A DNA stretch of 64,000 bases from Octopus sinensis (Eukaryota): contig NC_042999.1 in NCBI RefSeq assembly GCF_006345805.1, forward strand, positions 22,258,001-22,322,000. The letters run 5' to 3'. The position numbers were made by a program, and so were the translations under genes. Each line of letters begins with the position of its first letter. Position 1 is the first letter of the stretch. This document shows, one piece after another, positions 27,692 to 40,230 of this stretch. The notes under the pieces were generated by a model that did no database searches, was not told the DNA's origin, and saw only the letters and a program-made list of their open reading frames with translations.

Positions 27692-28918
27692 CATATACAC
27701 ATGCAAACATCAGTCCATACACAGGTATCAACAAGCAAGAACTAAATAACATTTGAAGGAGTGTTTAGTTTGTGAAGTTCTACTAAAATGAATGCAACTT
27801 AAATTATTTAGTGTTTATTATTAGTTATATACACCAGCTGCTTCGTCAATGGTCAAGCCGCAAGGGTCTTTGGCAGAATATATAACACATAAATCAGATC
27901 ACTTTTATGTTCACTTTTCTATGCACACGTTTATACACACATCTGCACATACGCACACATATGAGTAGGTGTATGTCTAAACGTGTATGGTATGCAGGTG
28001 CCTGTCTGTCTGTCTGTGTAAGAGAGAGTGGGGGAGGGAGTGTCTGTGTGTGTAGTATGAATAAAGATTTTAAGAAAAGTACCTTGAAACTCTACTTACT
28101 ATATCTGCTGCCAATATACGAAATAATAATCAAATACTTCGTCAAGAATGTAATCTCAGTATAACTGTACAAATATTGTTTCATGTCCACTTCATAACAA
28201 ATGCCTTGGTAAACTCAGTAAGGACTTTTAAGGTTATAATTGAGCGAGTCTATTTAACTTTCGCAGAACATACTTTTAACATCAGACAAACACAGCTTAT
28301 GTAATCATTTAGGCACTCGGAGTACAAAAATACCATCACTCTATCACAGCATAATGTGTACTGAAAGCTCAGCGTATTACCATCTTTAAAATATTACCAT
28401 GAGAGACACTATCATTTTTCTTTAGAGATATATTTAAGAGTTTTTAGATTATACAGTTTACCAGCCTGTAGTAAATGTTCTTTTGTGACGTTGCTGTTCA
28501 ACTCATTAATTACTGGAAACGAACTTTTCTCAAAATGTTTTCACGAAAATAAGCACATATTACATAATGTTATTCCATCTACTGGTTAATATGTATTTTA
28601 AATTCTTCAAGAGATTTAAGGATATCTTTGAAATGCATTCAATATTATTTGCTTATTTGCATATTTATGGATTTTATTCCTAACTCGCACTTGTGTCTCA
28701 AATCATTTGGTATTCAGTGGTATTCAGAGGCATTTCCATTCAGTATGTCTACTGAATTTTGTATATCTCTTTATCAATTTTTAAGAATTGTTACGCTATA
28801 TTCCCTTCTTCATATACCAATTGTGCTTTTTTTTCTCTTCTCTCGTTTTTCTCTCCTCTTTTCTCTCTCCCTCCCCATTCTCGTCCTCTCGCTTTTTCTA
28901 TCCTCTTTGCTCTCCCCC

Positions 28919-28950
<32 letters not shown>

Positions 28951-29461
28951 TCTCTCTCTTTCAACGGTGTTTCTTTTTCTTTCTCCACTTTTTTTAAATT
29001 TCGTCACCCTTATCTCCTTTTTCAACTCTAGTGTATAACTAATTCTTTCTGCTACCTATAATTTCATACATTCACTTTCCCTACTATCATCTCTCTTTTC
29101 CCATTGTCTAATACTTTATAATATCACCGTGACCGACCAGGCTATCAGATGTTGTTACGCATCGCTGGTCACAATGCGCTTCGCATTGTTTTAGCCTTCA
29201 AATGACGCTAAGCGAGCAGGCCAACTTTATAATATACCATTCTCAAATGAAGGCAGCGAGTTGGTACAATATTCATTAGCACACCGTCTTTACGTTCTGA
29301 GTTCAAATTCCACCAAAATCGACTTTACCTTTCATCATTCGGAGACGATAAAATAAGTACCAGTTGAACACTAGGTCCGATTTAATCGACTTAATCTCGC
29401 CCATGAAGTTGCTGGCCTTGTGCCAAAATGTGAAACCAATATCACATTCTCAAATATATAC

Positions 29462-29842
29462 CTTTATTCTCTCGAAAAACGACGACGCCGTGGTGATCTC
29501 ATTCTTGCTCACAACATCATAAGCGGAAAGTGTAACCTCTCGAAAGAGCTTTTTCTTCACTCCTGCTCCAGAACGTCGGCTGCGGGATCACTCCGAAAAG
29601 CTCTATCTGCGACGATTTCATCTCAATCGAAGGAGAGGGGCTTTCTCCGTCCGGGTTGCGGATCCGTGGAATAAGCTGTCGGACGAGATAGTGAAGATGC
29701 CGACGACCGCTCGGTTCAAAGTCTCCCTTGACCACAAATGGCCTGAACTCATTGTATGAACACCACCCTGTACATAATCTCCATGTCCCCCCTACATGGC
29801 CTTGCTTTTTGCCTTTTGAGCCAAAAAATTAACTTAACTTAA
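29462..29842 (+). mobile_element. CR1 LINE 3' fragment
   Basis: LYSLEKRRRRGDLILAHNIISG, then after a frameshift AFSVRVADPWNKL..FKVSLD. (TTAAC)n-like tail. Confidence 0.85.
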
Positions 29843-30249
29843 GTATATATCTGTTTTCCATATTCACTTCAACTATCGATATGGCTAATAACATTCCACG
29901 TTATTACATAACGATATGTAGACACGTCATTCGCCTTTTGTGCTTCACTCCATTTTGTTTTTCTAACCCAAATCCTCTTCTCTTTTCAACTTTTTGTTTT
30001 CCGTTTTGTGCCTTTTCTCTTTTCCAACAAATATTTCTCACTTTGCTTTGCACATTTTCGTTTCCGTTTTATTCTTTGTCCTTCGTTTTCTTATCTTCTG
30101 CATTGTCTACATCTTTATTTTTACTTTATGCTTTGTCCGATGTTGTTTTTAGAATTTCATTTGTAAATTTAAACACAAGGGAGATAATTATCTTTGCATA
30201 ATATTTGGCAACGTTAGAAGTTTGAATTTAAAATTCGCACAGACTATTC

Positions 30250-30436
30250 ATTTATTTTTTTACTTGATTCAATCATTTGACTGTGGCCATGCTGGAGCAC
30301 CGCTTTCCATTCGAAGAAATAGATCCCATAACGTATTCTTTGTAGGCCCGGCACTTATTCTATCGATATCTTTGGCCGAACCGCTAGGTTATGGGGACGT
30401 GAACACAACAACATCGGTTGTCAAGCGATGGAGAGG

Positions 30437-30508
<72 letters not shown>

Positions 30509-30810
30509 AAAAGAAATCCAAATGTATAGGTACAGGCGTGGATGTGTGCTAAGAAGCTTGCTTCCCAACCACGTGGTTCCGGGTTCAGTCCCACGGCGTG
30601 GCACCTTGGACAAAGTATCTTTTGCTTCAGCCTTGGGCCGACTGAAAGAGGTCCATCGTATGTATATATATATATAGGACCTCTTTCAGTCGGCCCAAGG
30701 CTGAAGCAAAAAACACTTTGTTCAAGGTGCCACGCAGTGGGACTGAACACGGAACCACGTAGTTGGGAAGCAAGCTTCTTACTACACAGCCACGCCTGCG
30801 CCTATACATT
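30250..30810 (-). mobile_element. SINE family A with inverted duplication of its tRNA head
   Basis: 3' half ~30250-30450. Two 134-bp head copies in inverted orientation at 30521-30654 and 30677-30810. Confidence 0.85.
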
Positions 30811-31223
30811 TTTCTTTTTTATCTCTTATTACGAAGTTCGTAAATTTTTTAATCAGTGATGATCAAACATTCTAGTTTTAAAATAATAATGTTTATGTAC
30901 CTCATTTTTAGCAAATTGTAGCAAATTTATACACTCTATCTAGCTTGTGATATAATACCATTTATTCTACGGAAAAGCAGCAATGTCCAGATCAGATTAA
31001 GGGCAGGGAAAAATCCTAGATTTTAATTATCGTTATCAAAACTGCATCCTTATTAAGGACTAGCACGCTATTTTGTGTACGCCTGTGTACGTATATGGTA
31101 TTTTCATAATATAGAATAATATAATATACATGATTGCCAGTGCGTGTGAGCGACAGAGAGAGAGCGCAAAAGAGAATATGTCTGAAGGTGTCATGTATAT
31201 ATGTGCGTATATGTATGAATACC

Positions 31224-31259
<36 letters not shown>

Positions 31260-31471
31260 TGTATGTAGTAGGCACAAGTACGCGTGTACGCAAACTATGA
31301 GGAAATAAAGTTTATTGCAATTTTATTGCCTCTTATGTGATACAACATAAATTTCAAAGGCTATATAACTGTGGGCAATTAAAGACACGTAGACAACTTT
31401 TATTAACTATTTTCGACTTACTTTAATTTTTTGAATAGACAGATATATTCTCCAAACAGTAAAAACGAAAA

Positions 31472-31512
<41 letters not shown>

Positions 31513-31584
31513 CACCATATGTGGTGTGATAGTATATAAATAGAGAGTGACAGACAGACAGACAGATACATTCATATATGCATA

Positions 31585-31786
31585 AGAGGGAGCACTGAAA
31601 AGTTCCTGGCTTTAAGGGTATCGCGAAAGACTTTTTGAGTTATTTTACAGAGCTTAAAAAATAATTGAAGGACCGCTGTAATAAGTGTGTGAATCTGAGA
31701 GGGGGATGTGTTGAATAAAATCATAACTAACTCATCCTTCTGTATTTTCCTTCAACTAAAGCCAGAAACTTTTCAGCGCCCACTCA
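31585..31786 (+). mobile_element. Mariner-derived MITE (~200 bp)
   Basis: ~30-bp TIRs (..CACTGAAAAGTTCCTGGCTTTA / TAAAGCCAGAAACTTTTCAGCG..), TA at both ends, remnant transposase C-terminus KCVNLRGGCVE*. Confidence 0.75.
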
Positions 31787-32053
31787 TAGGAGGATGTAAA
31801 TGTATTTCTCCGCCTCCAGTGCTCAACTGGTACTTATTTTTTCGACTCTGAAAGGATGAAAGAAAGGCAAGAGGAACCTCAACTGAATTTGAACTCGAAA
31901 CGTAAAGAGCTATAAAAACTGCCGCTAAGCATTTTGCATGCGAACGATTCTGCCAGCTCGCCGCCTTAACAGTCAGTATGAATATTGGTTTAAAAATTTT
32001 GCACAAGCCCAGGATTTTGGAGGGAATCGTAAATCGTCTACATCGAACGCATA

Positions 32054-32218
32054 GGCGCAGGAGTGGCTGTGTGGTAAGTAGCTTGCTAACCAACCACATG
32101 GTTCCGGGTTCAGTCCCACTGCGTGGCATCTTGGGCAAGTGTCTTCTGCTATAGCCCCGGGCCGATCAATGCCTTGTGAGTGGATTTGGTAGACGGAAAC
32201 TGAAAGAAGCCTGTCGTA

Positions 32219-32277
<59 letters not shown>

Positions 32278-32520
32278 ATGTGTGTGCGTGTGTGTGTGTG
32301 TGCGTGTGTCTGTGTTTGTCCCCCTAGCATTGCTTGACAACCGATGCTGGTGTGTTTACGTCCCCGTCACTTAGCGGTTCGGCAAAAGAGACCGATAGAA
32401 TAAGTACTGGACTTACAAAGAATAAGTCCCGGGGTCGGTTTGTTCGACTAAAGGCGGTGCTCCAGCATGGCCGCAGTCAAATGACTGAAACAAGTAAAAG
32501 AGAAAAGAGAAAGAGAAAAG
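32054..32520 (+). mobile_element. SINE family A, full length
   Basis: Close to consensus, 3' hairpin at 32474-32487. Further copies at ~16005-16110, 38443-38757, 50400-50873, 51075-51390 and 53870-54080. Confidence 0.92.
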
Positions 32521-33869
32521 AGAACACACTGTTCAACTGGTACTTAATTTATTGACGCTGGAAAGATGAAAGTCAAAGTGACCTCGGAGGTATTTGAACT
32601 CAGAACGTAAAGAACCGGAAGAAATGTTGCTAAGCATTTTGTCCGATGCTCTAACGATGTTAATTCTCGTCCATTCATTAAGAGCACCTTTCTCTCTTTC
32701 ATGACCCTGTTATCGTTACTGTGTCGGCTTCAGTATTCCGTCGATGATGATTACAAAAAGGGTGACCTAATGACTGCTACTACCCAAGTCTGATTTTTGT
32801 TCTCATGTAGTTTCATGTTCTCTGTTGGAATCCGTGTTTGTTTTTCTAATGGAAAATATTCTTCATCTTCACCTTCGTGGCTGCGTTATTAAATTTATTC
32901 CCTCCTCTTGATGCAGCTGCTTCTTTGTTATATAATTCAATTCAGGAAAAAATTCGCTTCATCATAATTTCATTCTGTCCATATAGTCAAGGGAAATAAT
33001 TTTTTTATATTTTACTACTTTATAGTAATTATACAAGTCATTATAAATATAATAACTTCAGAATAATAATAAAAAAAAGCGCTTTTTATAATTCCAAATC
33101 GATCGATAGCTGTTGGAAATTTGTTTCAACGCTTTTGATAATGTCTTTCTTTGGTTCGTCGCTGTTTCGATTTTGTTGATGAATTCATATTTGAACATAT
33201 TGCTTGTAGTAATAAATGAATTCAAATTTGGAACAAATATGGCTTGGGCTTTGAATAAAGATAATTTTCAAATTTTCGTGACCAAGAGAATAACTAGCCA
33301 GCTATTATGGTTGGTAGTAGTAACATTAAAGATGTCGGGAATAATCGTTAAAAATCTTAATAAATATACTATTATCGGAAATAAGCTTGGATGAATCAAA
33401 ATATATATGCATAATTCAGATATATGTCGATGGCATGTAATGAGAAAGAAACACGCCTGGATCAAATACACGTCTAATAAATGGTGATTTGTTAATAGGA
33501 AAAATATGCAAATTAAGGTAGCCTCTATAGCACAAGTTAAAATCTGATTGCTTTATATGTATCAGATAAGTAATCTATGTTATCGGCAGGAGAAGGAACT
33601 GGAGTGCGGACACCTGATGAGCGGTGAACAAAACCCCAACAGTTTGTCAGAAATCATTCTATGCTCTTTTCTTGTATTTTCTTCCTACAGCTAAGGCTTT
33701 CCAATGTGTGTACACACACACACACATACACACATGCACACACACACACACATACACACATACATACATACACACATACACACACACACACATACATACA
33801 TACATACATACATACATACATACATACATACATGCATGCATGCATGCATGCATGCATGCATGCATGCAT

Positions 33870-34255
33870 GATAAAAAGGAGTACTGTAGGAATGTTCCAG
33901 TGAAGACCTCAATAAAATTTAAGCAAAACAGACCTGATATAAGGATTTGAGATTGAGAAGAGAAACTGTGTGCAGTTGTGGAAATCAGCTGCCCAGCGTA
34001 TGTTAAAATGAAGCTGACGATCAGTGAAAAAGAGAATGCCTACGCTGAACTATTGACAAATTTGCAGTTACTGTATCCAGATTATAAGTTCAGGTTTATA
34101 CCTGTAATTACTGGAGCCTGGAGATATGCAACACACTGCCTAAATACCAATCTTGAGAAATTAGGCTTCTCAAAAGTAGAAAACTGATTCGAAGTCTACA
34201 GAACCATGCCATCACTGGAACTGTAAAAATCTGTAAAACTTTAGAGAGGTTTATC
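33870..34255 (+). mobile_element. RLE-type non-LTR retrotransposon fragment (R4/NeSL-like)
   Basis: KQNRPDIRI..VVEISCPA..EKENAYAELL..FIPVITGA..LEKLGFS..AITGTVKICK, a restriction-like endonuclease domain. Confidence 0.75.
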
Positions 34256-34555
34256 ATTTAAATATATATGAGCAAGTCTAGATGTGTAGCTATATGCATC
34301 AGAATATATACATCTATACATGCTTATATATATATATATATATATAAAATGTGACCGCGTGTGTACCGTTGGCGATTATTTTTCCTCTGTCTTCCCTTCT
34401 CTGGATCTTTCTTTCTCCTATGTTTCCGACGAAGAGTTCTGCTCGAAACGTTAAACCCCCCTTCTTCCCTTCCTTCCTGAGCGTCCAATAATACTTTATT
34501 TGTTCCATGTCCTCGCATTGTTGTTTTCTCTTTGTGTGTTCATGTGTTTGGATTA

Positions 34556-34586
<31 letters not shown>

Positions 34587-34795
34587 GCATGAGAAAAACA
34601 TACAAATCTGCACATATACATACATACATACAGACAGACAAACAAAAATACCCTGTTGTTGATGTTGAAATTCAAATGAAAATGCCTTCGATTTTGGCTA
34701 GAAACCAGTTCCTTCTCTATTGGCAAGTAATCTTGAAATAATACTGAACAATGACACACATGTAACTGAACATAAACACACACACACTGACACTA

Positions 34796-34868
<73 letters not shown>

Positions 34869-34920
34869 ATTTACATAATATTGAGGTCTCTTTCTTTCTT
34901 TTGTTATCTTACCGTTTTAT

Positions 34921-34965
<45 letters not shown>

Positions 34966-35532
34966 GAAATGACAATACAAAAGCGAAGTCAATCCTTCTT
35001 TGCAGAATAAATATACTTATTAATAGATAGCTATTTCATATTCGCATTAAAGTTCGCATTTCGCCATCATGTGACTCGTAAGAGAGGTGGGGGGGGTAAT
35101 CTCTATGATTCTAATTATACATATTTGAATAATACATAATTTTTAAAAAATGCATAAATCTTCGATCTTTCGAATTTGCTAAGTTAGTGCGTGGTTAGTG
35201 ATCATAGAGCAGATGTGGATATACGCACGTGTTTTAATCAAAAACATAGCTCCAAGACTTAATATAGAAGATAGAGTAGAAATTCATACAACAATGAAAT
35301 ATTATTTATATCACTGACAAGTGATATAAAGTTTATATTTTATTGCTAATTTGCCAAATATATCTCCATTTATATATATATACGTACGTATATACATTCG
35401 AACGTACATATTTTAATACGTATATGCGTACATACATACAAATATACCAATTTGCATATCCTTATATTCACACGTATACCAACATACACAACGCTGCCAG
35501 ATATGTTCATCCACTCAATTTTTGTATATATT

Positions 35533-35572
<40 letters not shown>

Positions 35573-35575
35573 CTC

Positions 35576-35620
<45 letters not shown>

Positions 35621-35938
35621 ACATATATATATATAAATAAATGTATGTCTGTATATGTATCTATCTTTGTATGCGTGTATACATATATATTTACACTTAT
35701 ACACTCTATTATATATATATACACTATATATACACTATATATAAGTATATACATGCATCACATATACACATTCATACAACTACGTTTACAATAATGCATA
35801 TATATATATACACACACACACTCGCGCACACGCCGCACATCCGTATGTCTATCTTCATTTATCTATGTATCTATATACAACCGTTCATATTCCTGTATAC
35901 ACATATGTAATTACATATAAACTAGCCCACGCACAGAC

Positions 35939-35977
<39 letters not shown>

Positions 35978-36164
35978 CTGTTGTGTCTGGGGAGAGCCAT
36001 TCTCTTTTAGTGCCTTATCATTTAACACACTCACTGGTAAAATTTCCACTTATTTCTTATTTTTATTTTCTAAAATTTTCGTTGCGTCTTGCAACCTTTT
36101 CATAGTCAAGACTATGTTAAATAATAAGGCACTAAAAGAGAATGACTCTCCCCAGACACAACAG
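35978..36164. repeat. Fold-back, 50-bp arms
   Basis: Arms 35978-36027 and 36115-36164. A non-palindromic family member lies at ~24440-24640. Confidence 0.88.
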
Positions 36165-36321
36165 AATATGCTTCAACACACGAACTCATATAAAGAATCT
36201 TGCAAACCAAATCCAAAAACGAAATATATATATATATAATAATAATAAATATTAGGGAATAAATCCAAACTTACAGGGAAAAATCAGATTTAGGATTGAA
36301 TCCAATTTTATAGTAAAATAT

Positions 36322-36652
36322 TATATTATATTAAATTAGAGACAAAACCACTATTAGGCAAATCAAACAATGAAAGACTTAAGCCAATACATATGATTAA
36401 TTTATATTATTTAAATATGTAACAATTATTAAAAAATATAATTAATATCCACTACGATCGTTTCCTGCCTGCTGTCTTTAAATTTTTGAGTCGCAGTCAT
36501 TCATCAGGTGGTTTCAAAATTGTGGATATTAATTATATTTTTTAATAATTGTTAAATATTTAAATAATATAAATTAATCATATGTATTGGCTTAAGTCTT
36601 TCATTGTTTGATTTGCCTAATAGTGGTTTTGTCTCTAATTTAATATAATATA
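36322..36652. repeat. Fold-back, ~130-bp arms, hammerhead motif in loop
   Basis: Arms 36322-36452 and 36522-36652. Minus-strand CCAC-CTGATGA...GAAA-CGATCG-TA-GTGG at 36449-36511. Confidence 0.9.
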
Positions 36653-36656
36653 TATA

Positions 36657-36708
<52 letters not shown>

Positions 36709-36709
<1 letters not shown>

Positions 36710-37403
36710 ATTGTTAAACAGGACAGCAAATGTTAAAGCAAGACAAACATCTCAAGTCATATACAATATTATTATAGGAAGAAATTCAAAATCTTACAGC
36801 TGTTTCTGGGATATCCTCGAGTATGAGATATTCCATCATCAGGGACAAATAGGGGAAAAATGTATGGAAAATGAGAATGGTATATATATCAATAAGATGA
36901 TGACATAGAGGAAGCGGGATAAAAGAATAAGGAGCTGGAAAGAGAGAAGAAAAAAAGAAGCATAAAAGTTCATAGTTCAACTTTCCAAAGTTATAGAAAC
37001 CAGAGCACGAGTCCTAAGGTGCAATCCTGCGTAGATCCATGAGCATAAGTCTTTAGGTGCAATTCTGAGTATATCCATGGATCTATGCAGGATTGCACCT
37101 GAGGACTCATGGTCTGGTTTCTATAACTTTGGAAAGTTGCCCTATGAACTTTTATACTTCTTTTTTCTCGTCTCTTTCCATTTCCTTATTCTTTTACTCT
37201 CTTCCTCTATGTTGTCATCTTATTGATATATATCATTCTTATTTTCCAGTTTCTTTCCCCTATTTATCTCTAAAGACGGAATATCCCATTCTCGAGGATA
37301 TCCCAGAAACAGCTGTAAGATGTTGAATTTCTTCCTATAATAATATTGTATGTGACTTGAGATGCATGCCTTGCCTTAATGTTTGACGTCCTGTTTATCA
37401 ATT
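36709..37403. repeat. Fold-back, ~330-bp diverged arms, hammerhead motif in each arm
   Basis: Arms 36709-37041 and 37076-37403. HHR motifs at 36791-36846 (-) and 37266-37321 (+). Confidence 0.9.
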
Positions 37404-37444
37404 GTTGATCCGCTGCATGGGAATTCTGCAATGGTTCCATAACT

Positions 37445-37680
37445 ACCTATTTCTTTACCACCCACAAGGGGCTAAACACAGAGGGGACAAACAAGGACAG
37501 ACAAACGGATTAAGTCGATTACATCGACCCCAGTGCGTAACTGGTACTTAATTTATCGACCCCGAATGGATGAAAGGCACAGTCGACCTCGGCGGAATTT
37601 GAACTCAGAACGTAACGGCAGACGAAATACGGCTACGCATTTCGCCCGGCGTGCTAACGTTTCTGCCAGCTCGCCGCCTT
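37445..37680 (-). mobile_element. SINE family B monomer
   Basis: Head AAGGCGGCGAGCTGGCAGAAACG to tail GGTAAAGAAATAG. Similar copies at ~29250-29440, 31790-32045, 32530-32660, 57563-57785 and 61805-62039. Confidence 0.9.
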
Positions 37681-37786
37681 TAAAATGGCTCCATAACTAC
37701 CGTCTCGGCTATTTCCTTCGAGCCCCAGTAATCCGTTACAGCACTTGCCAAGCGTACCAAATCGTTTAGATCAATGCATACTTTGC

Positions 37787-37829
<43 letters not shown>

Positions 37830-38974
37830 CACAAGTAAAAGAGTAAAAGAGAGAGTAAAGAGGTACAAAACTATTGAAACAACACTACATATGTGTAAGA
37901 GAATGTATGTAAGAGAAGTCGAGGGTCTTGTTTTAGCAGAATGGTCAAAGACTAGGAAAATATATCTTGCACTATATATTCCGGTTATTCTTCATGTTGA
38001 TATACGTCTGTATCGGAACCTGGCTTTCCTTTCTACAACATGAATGACAAAATGGAAGGAGAATTCTAGACATTAACGAATTGTCTTTCATGAAAAATGA
38101 ATCTTACCCAGGCATTTGCCTTGGAGTCGAACTTTGCGATGATAGATGCATGGCCTCGCGAGACATGTAACCGTATACCTAATGTATATAGTTATTTGTC
38201 TTGTCTTGTGTGTGCAAATGGATTAGTGGCAGATGTTGTTGGGTTTCAAGCTCCGCGTAGGTTATCATCGACTGGTCTGCGTCTAATAAAGTGGCTTAGC
38301 AACTACTATACATAGTAATGTTACTAGTTATGATATACAGAGTAAATGCTACATATAGATACATACATACGCACACATACATATATACACACACGTACAT
38401 ATATGCATACATACACACACAAACACGTACGCAAATACATACTGCGTGGCACCTTGGGCAAGTGCCTTTTATTATAGCGGTGGGGCCGACCAAAGCCTTG
38501 TGAGAGGATTTGGTAGATGGAAACTGAAAGAAGCTCGTCATGTGTGTATTTGTGTGTTTGTGTGTGTTTGTCCGCCACCACCGCTTGACAACCGGTGTTG
38601 GTGTGTTTATATCCCCGTAACTTAGCAGTTAGGCAAAAGAATCCGATAGAGCAAGTACGAGGCTTTAAAAAAATTAGTGATGGAGTCGACTCATACGACT
38701 AAAATTTCAAGACGGTACCCCAGCATGGCCGCAGCCACATGGCTGAAACAAGTAAGCGATAATACATACATACATACATACATACATACATACATACAAA
38801 CATACATACATACATACATACATACGTATGTGTATTTTTGCGTATGTGTACCATTTAATATAAGACTAAAGAAGTCCTTAAGTTCCAGTAATCCAATTAT
38901 CGCTCTTCTTAGATTTCTATCTAATACCTATTTTTCTATATAAATATCTGCCTAGATTTCTGTCTACATACCTA

Positions 38975-39838
38975 CGGGGTCTGATCTATAAGTATCCGGA
39001 CTGTTGCCATAGTTACGATGCTAAAGCACACATAATGAAGCCGCTTGCCAAAGATTGACCTTAAACTGTGCTGTGCATGCGCACTAAGTTTTAACGTTCT
39101 GGCTCATTTCCGCTGTTTACGGCAATACTTGGAAGGAAGGTGTGTAGCGTGTGGTCGTCGCATTGACCATGACTGAGAAATTTATCTGAGGAATTTACCT
39201 GCTCAGAGGCTTACGCAAAGTTGCGGAAATGGTATGGAGAGGAGTGTATGAGCTGCATCCAAATGTACGAGTGGTTCAGACGTTTCCAAGATGACCGAAA
39301 AAATGTCGATATTGACAAACGTTCTGGGAGACCTGCAACCAGCAGAACTGGGAAAAGCATCGCAGATGTGCGTGCAACTGTGGGGGGAAATCGTCGAAAT
39401 ACCATCCGTGAATTACCAGAGGATGTATAGATTAGTTACGGTTCAGGTCAGTCCATTATCACTGAAGATTTGGGTATGAGACGCGTGTCTGTCAAATTTG
39501 TGCCAAAACTGTTTTCAGTGACCAAAAAGACACGATCAGTTGTACACGATCTCCTTGATTGTGTCGAGAACGAGGAAAATTTTTGAAAACTTTGCGTAGG
39601 CCTCGGAGCAGGTATCACCAAGATTTTGGTAAAATTTGATGCAGATTCTCTGCTCAGCCATCTCTGTCATGGTCAATGCGACGATCACACGCTACATACC
39701 TTCCTGATAAACATTGCTGTAAACTAGAACGTTAAAATTTAACAGAGTTTAAGGTCAATCCTTGCCAGGAGGCTTCACTCTGTGAGCTTTAGCTTCGTTA
39801 CTGTGACAACCGTCCGGATACTTATTGATCAGACCACG
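38975..39838 (+). mobile_element. Mariner deletion derivative with ~200-bp TIRs
   Basis: TA flanks at 38973-74 and 39839-40. Long imperfect TIRs. HTH segment YEWFRRFQDDRKNVDIDKRSGRP and FVPKL motif. No catalytic domain. Confidence 0.88.
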
Positions 39839-40230
39839 TATTCATCTCATGGCCATTCTATCTACGTCAACAAACAAGACAACCGTGAGGGAAATGTCTC
39901 TTTAACGAAGAGAAACAAGTACAGTTTGTTGTCTCTACATATCCCTAGACTATCTCTCTCCCTCTCTCTCACACACATACTCTATCTCTATCTCTCTATC
40001 TCTCTCTATCTCGCACCACTCTCTGCCTTTCTCGTTTTCTCTTACCAATCCTCCACAGCTTGTTTATGCATATCCGCAGCTCCTCAGTATACAGTGATAC
40101 AAATATAAGCCAGTCACTGTGCTGTGGCGCATATGCTCACATCGACCATCATATCCTCTGATTTTATTGCCTGCGTCTCTGTATTTGTTGCTTTATACAT
40201 GGTTCTTTATATATAGTTTATATATAGAAA

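Noticed and set aside
33080-33280. ~65-codon open frame on the minus strand in unique sequence
   Set aside because: No convincing splice sites or motif. Such frames are expected by chance.
33612-33660. CTGATGA followed by GCGG (and CTGATGA near 63932)
   Set aside because: No helix II closing onto a GAAA, so not a hammerhead.
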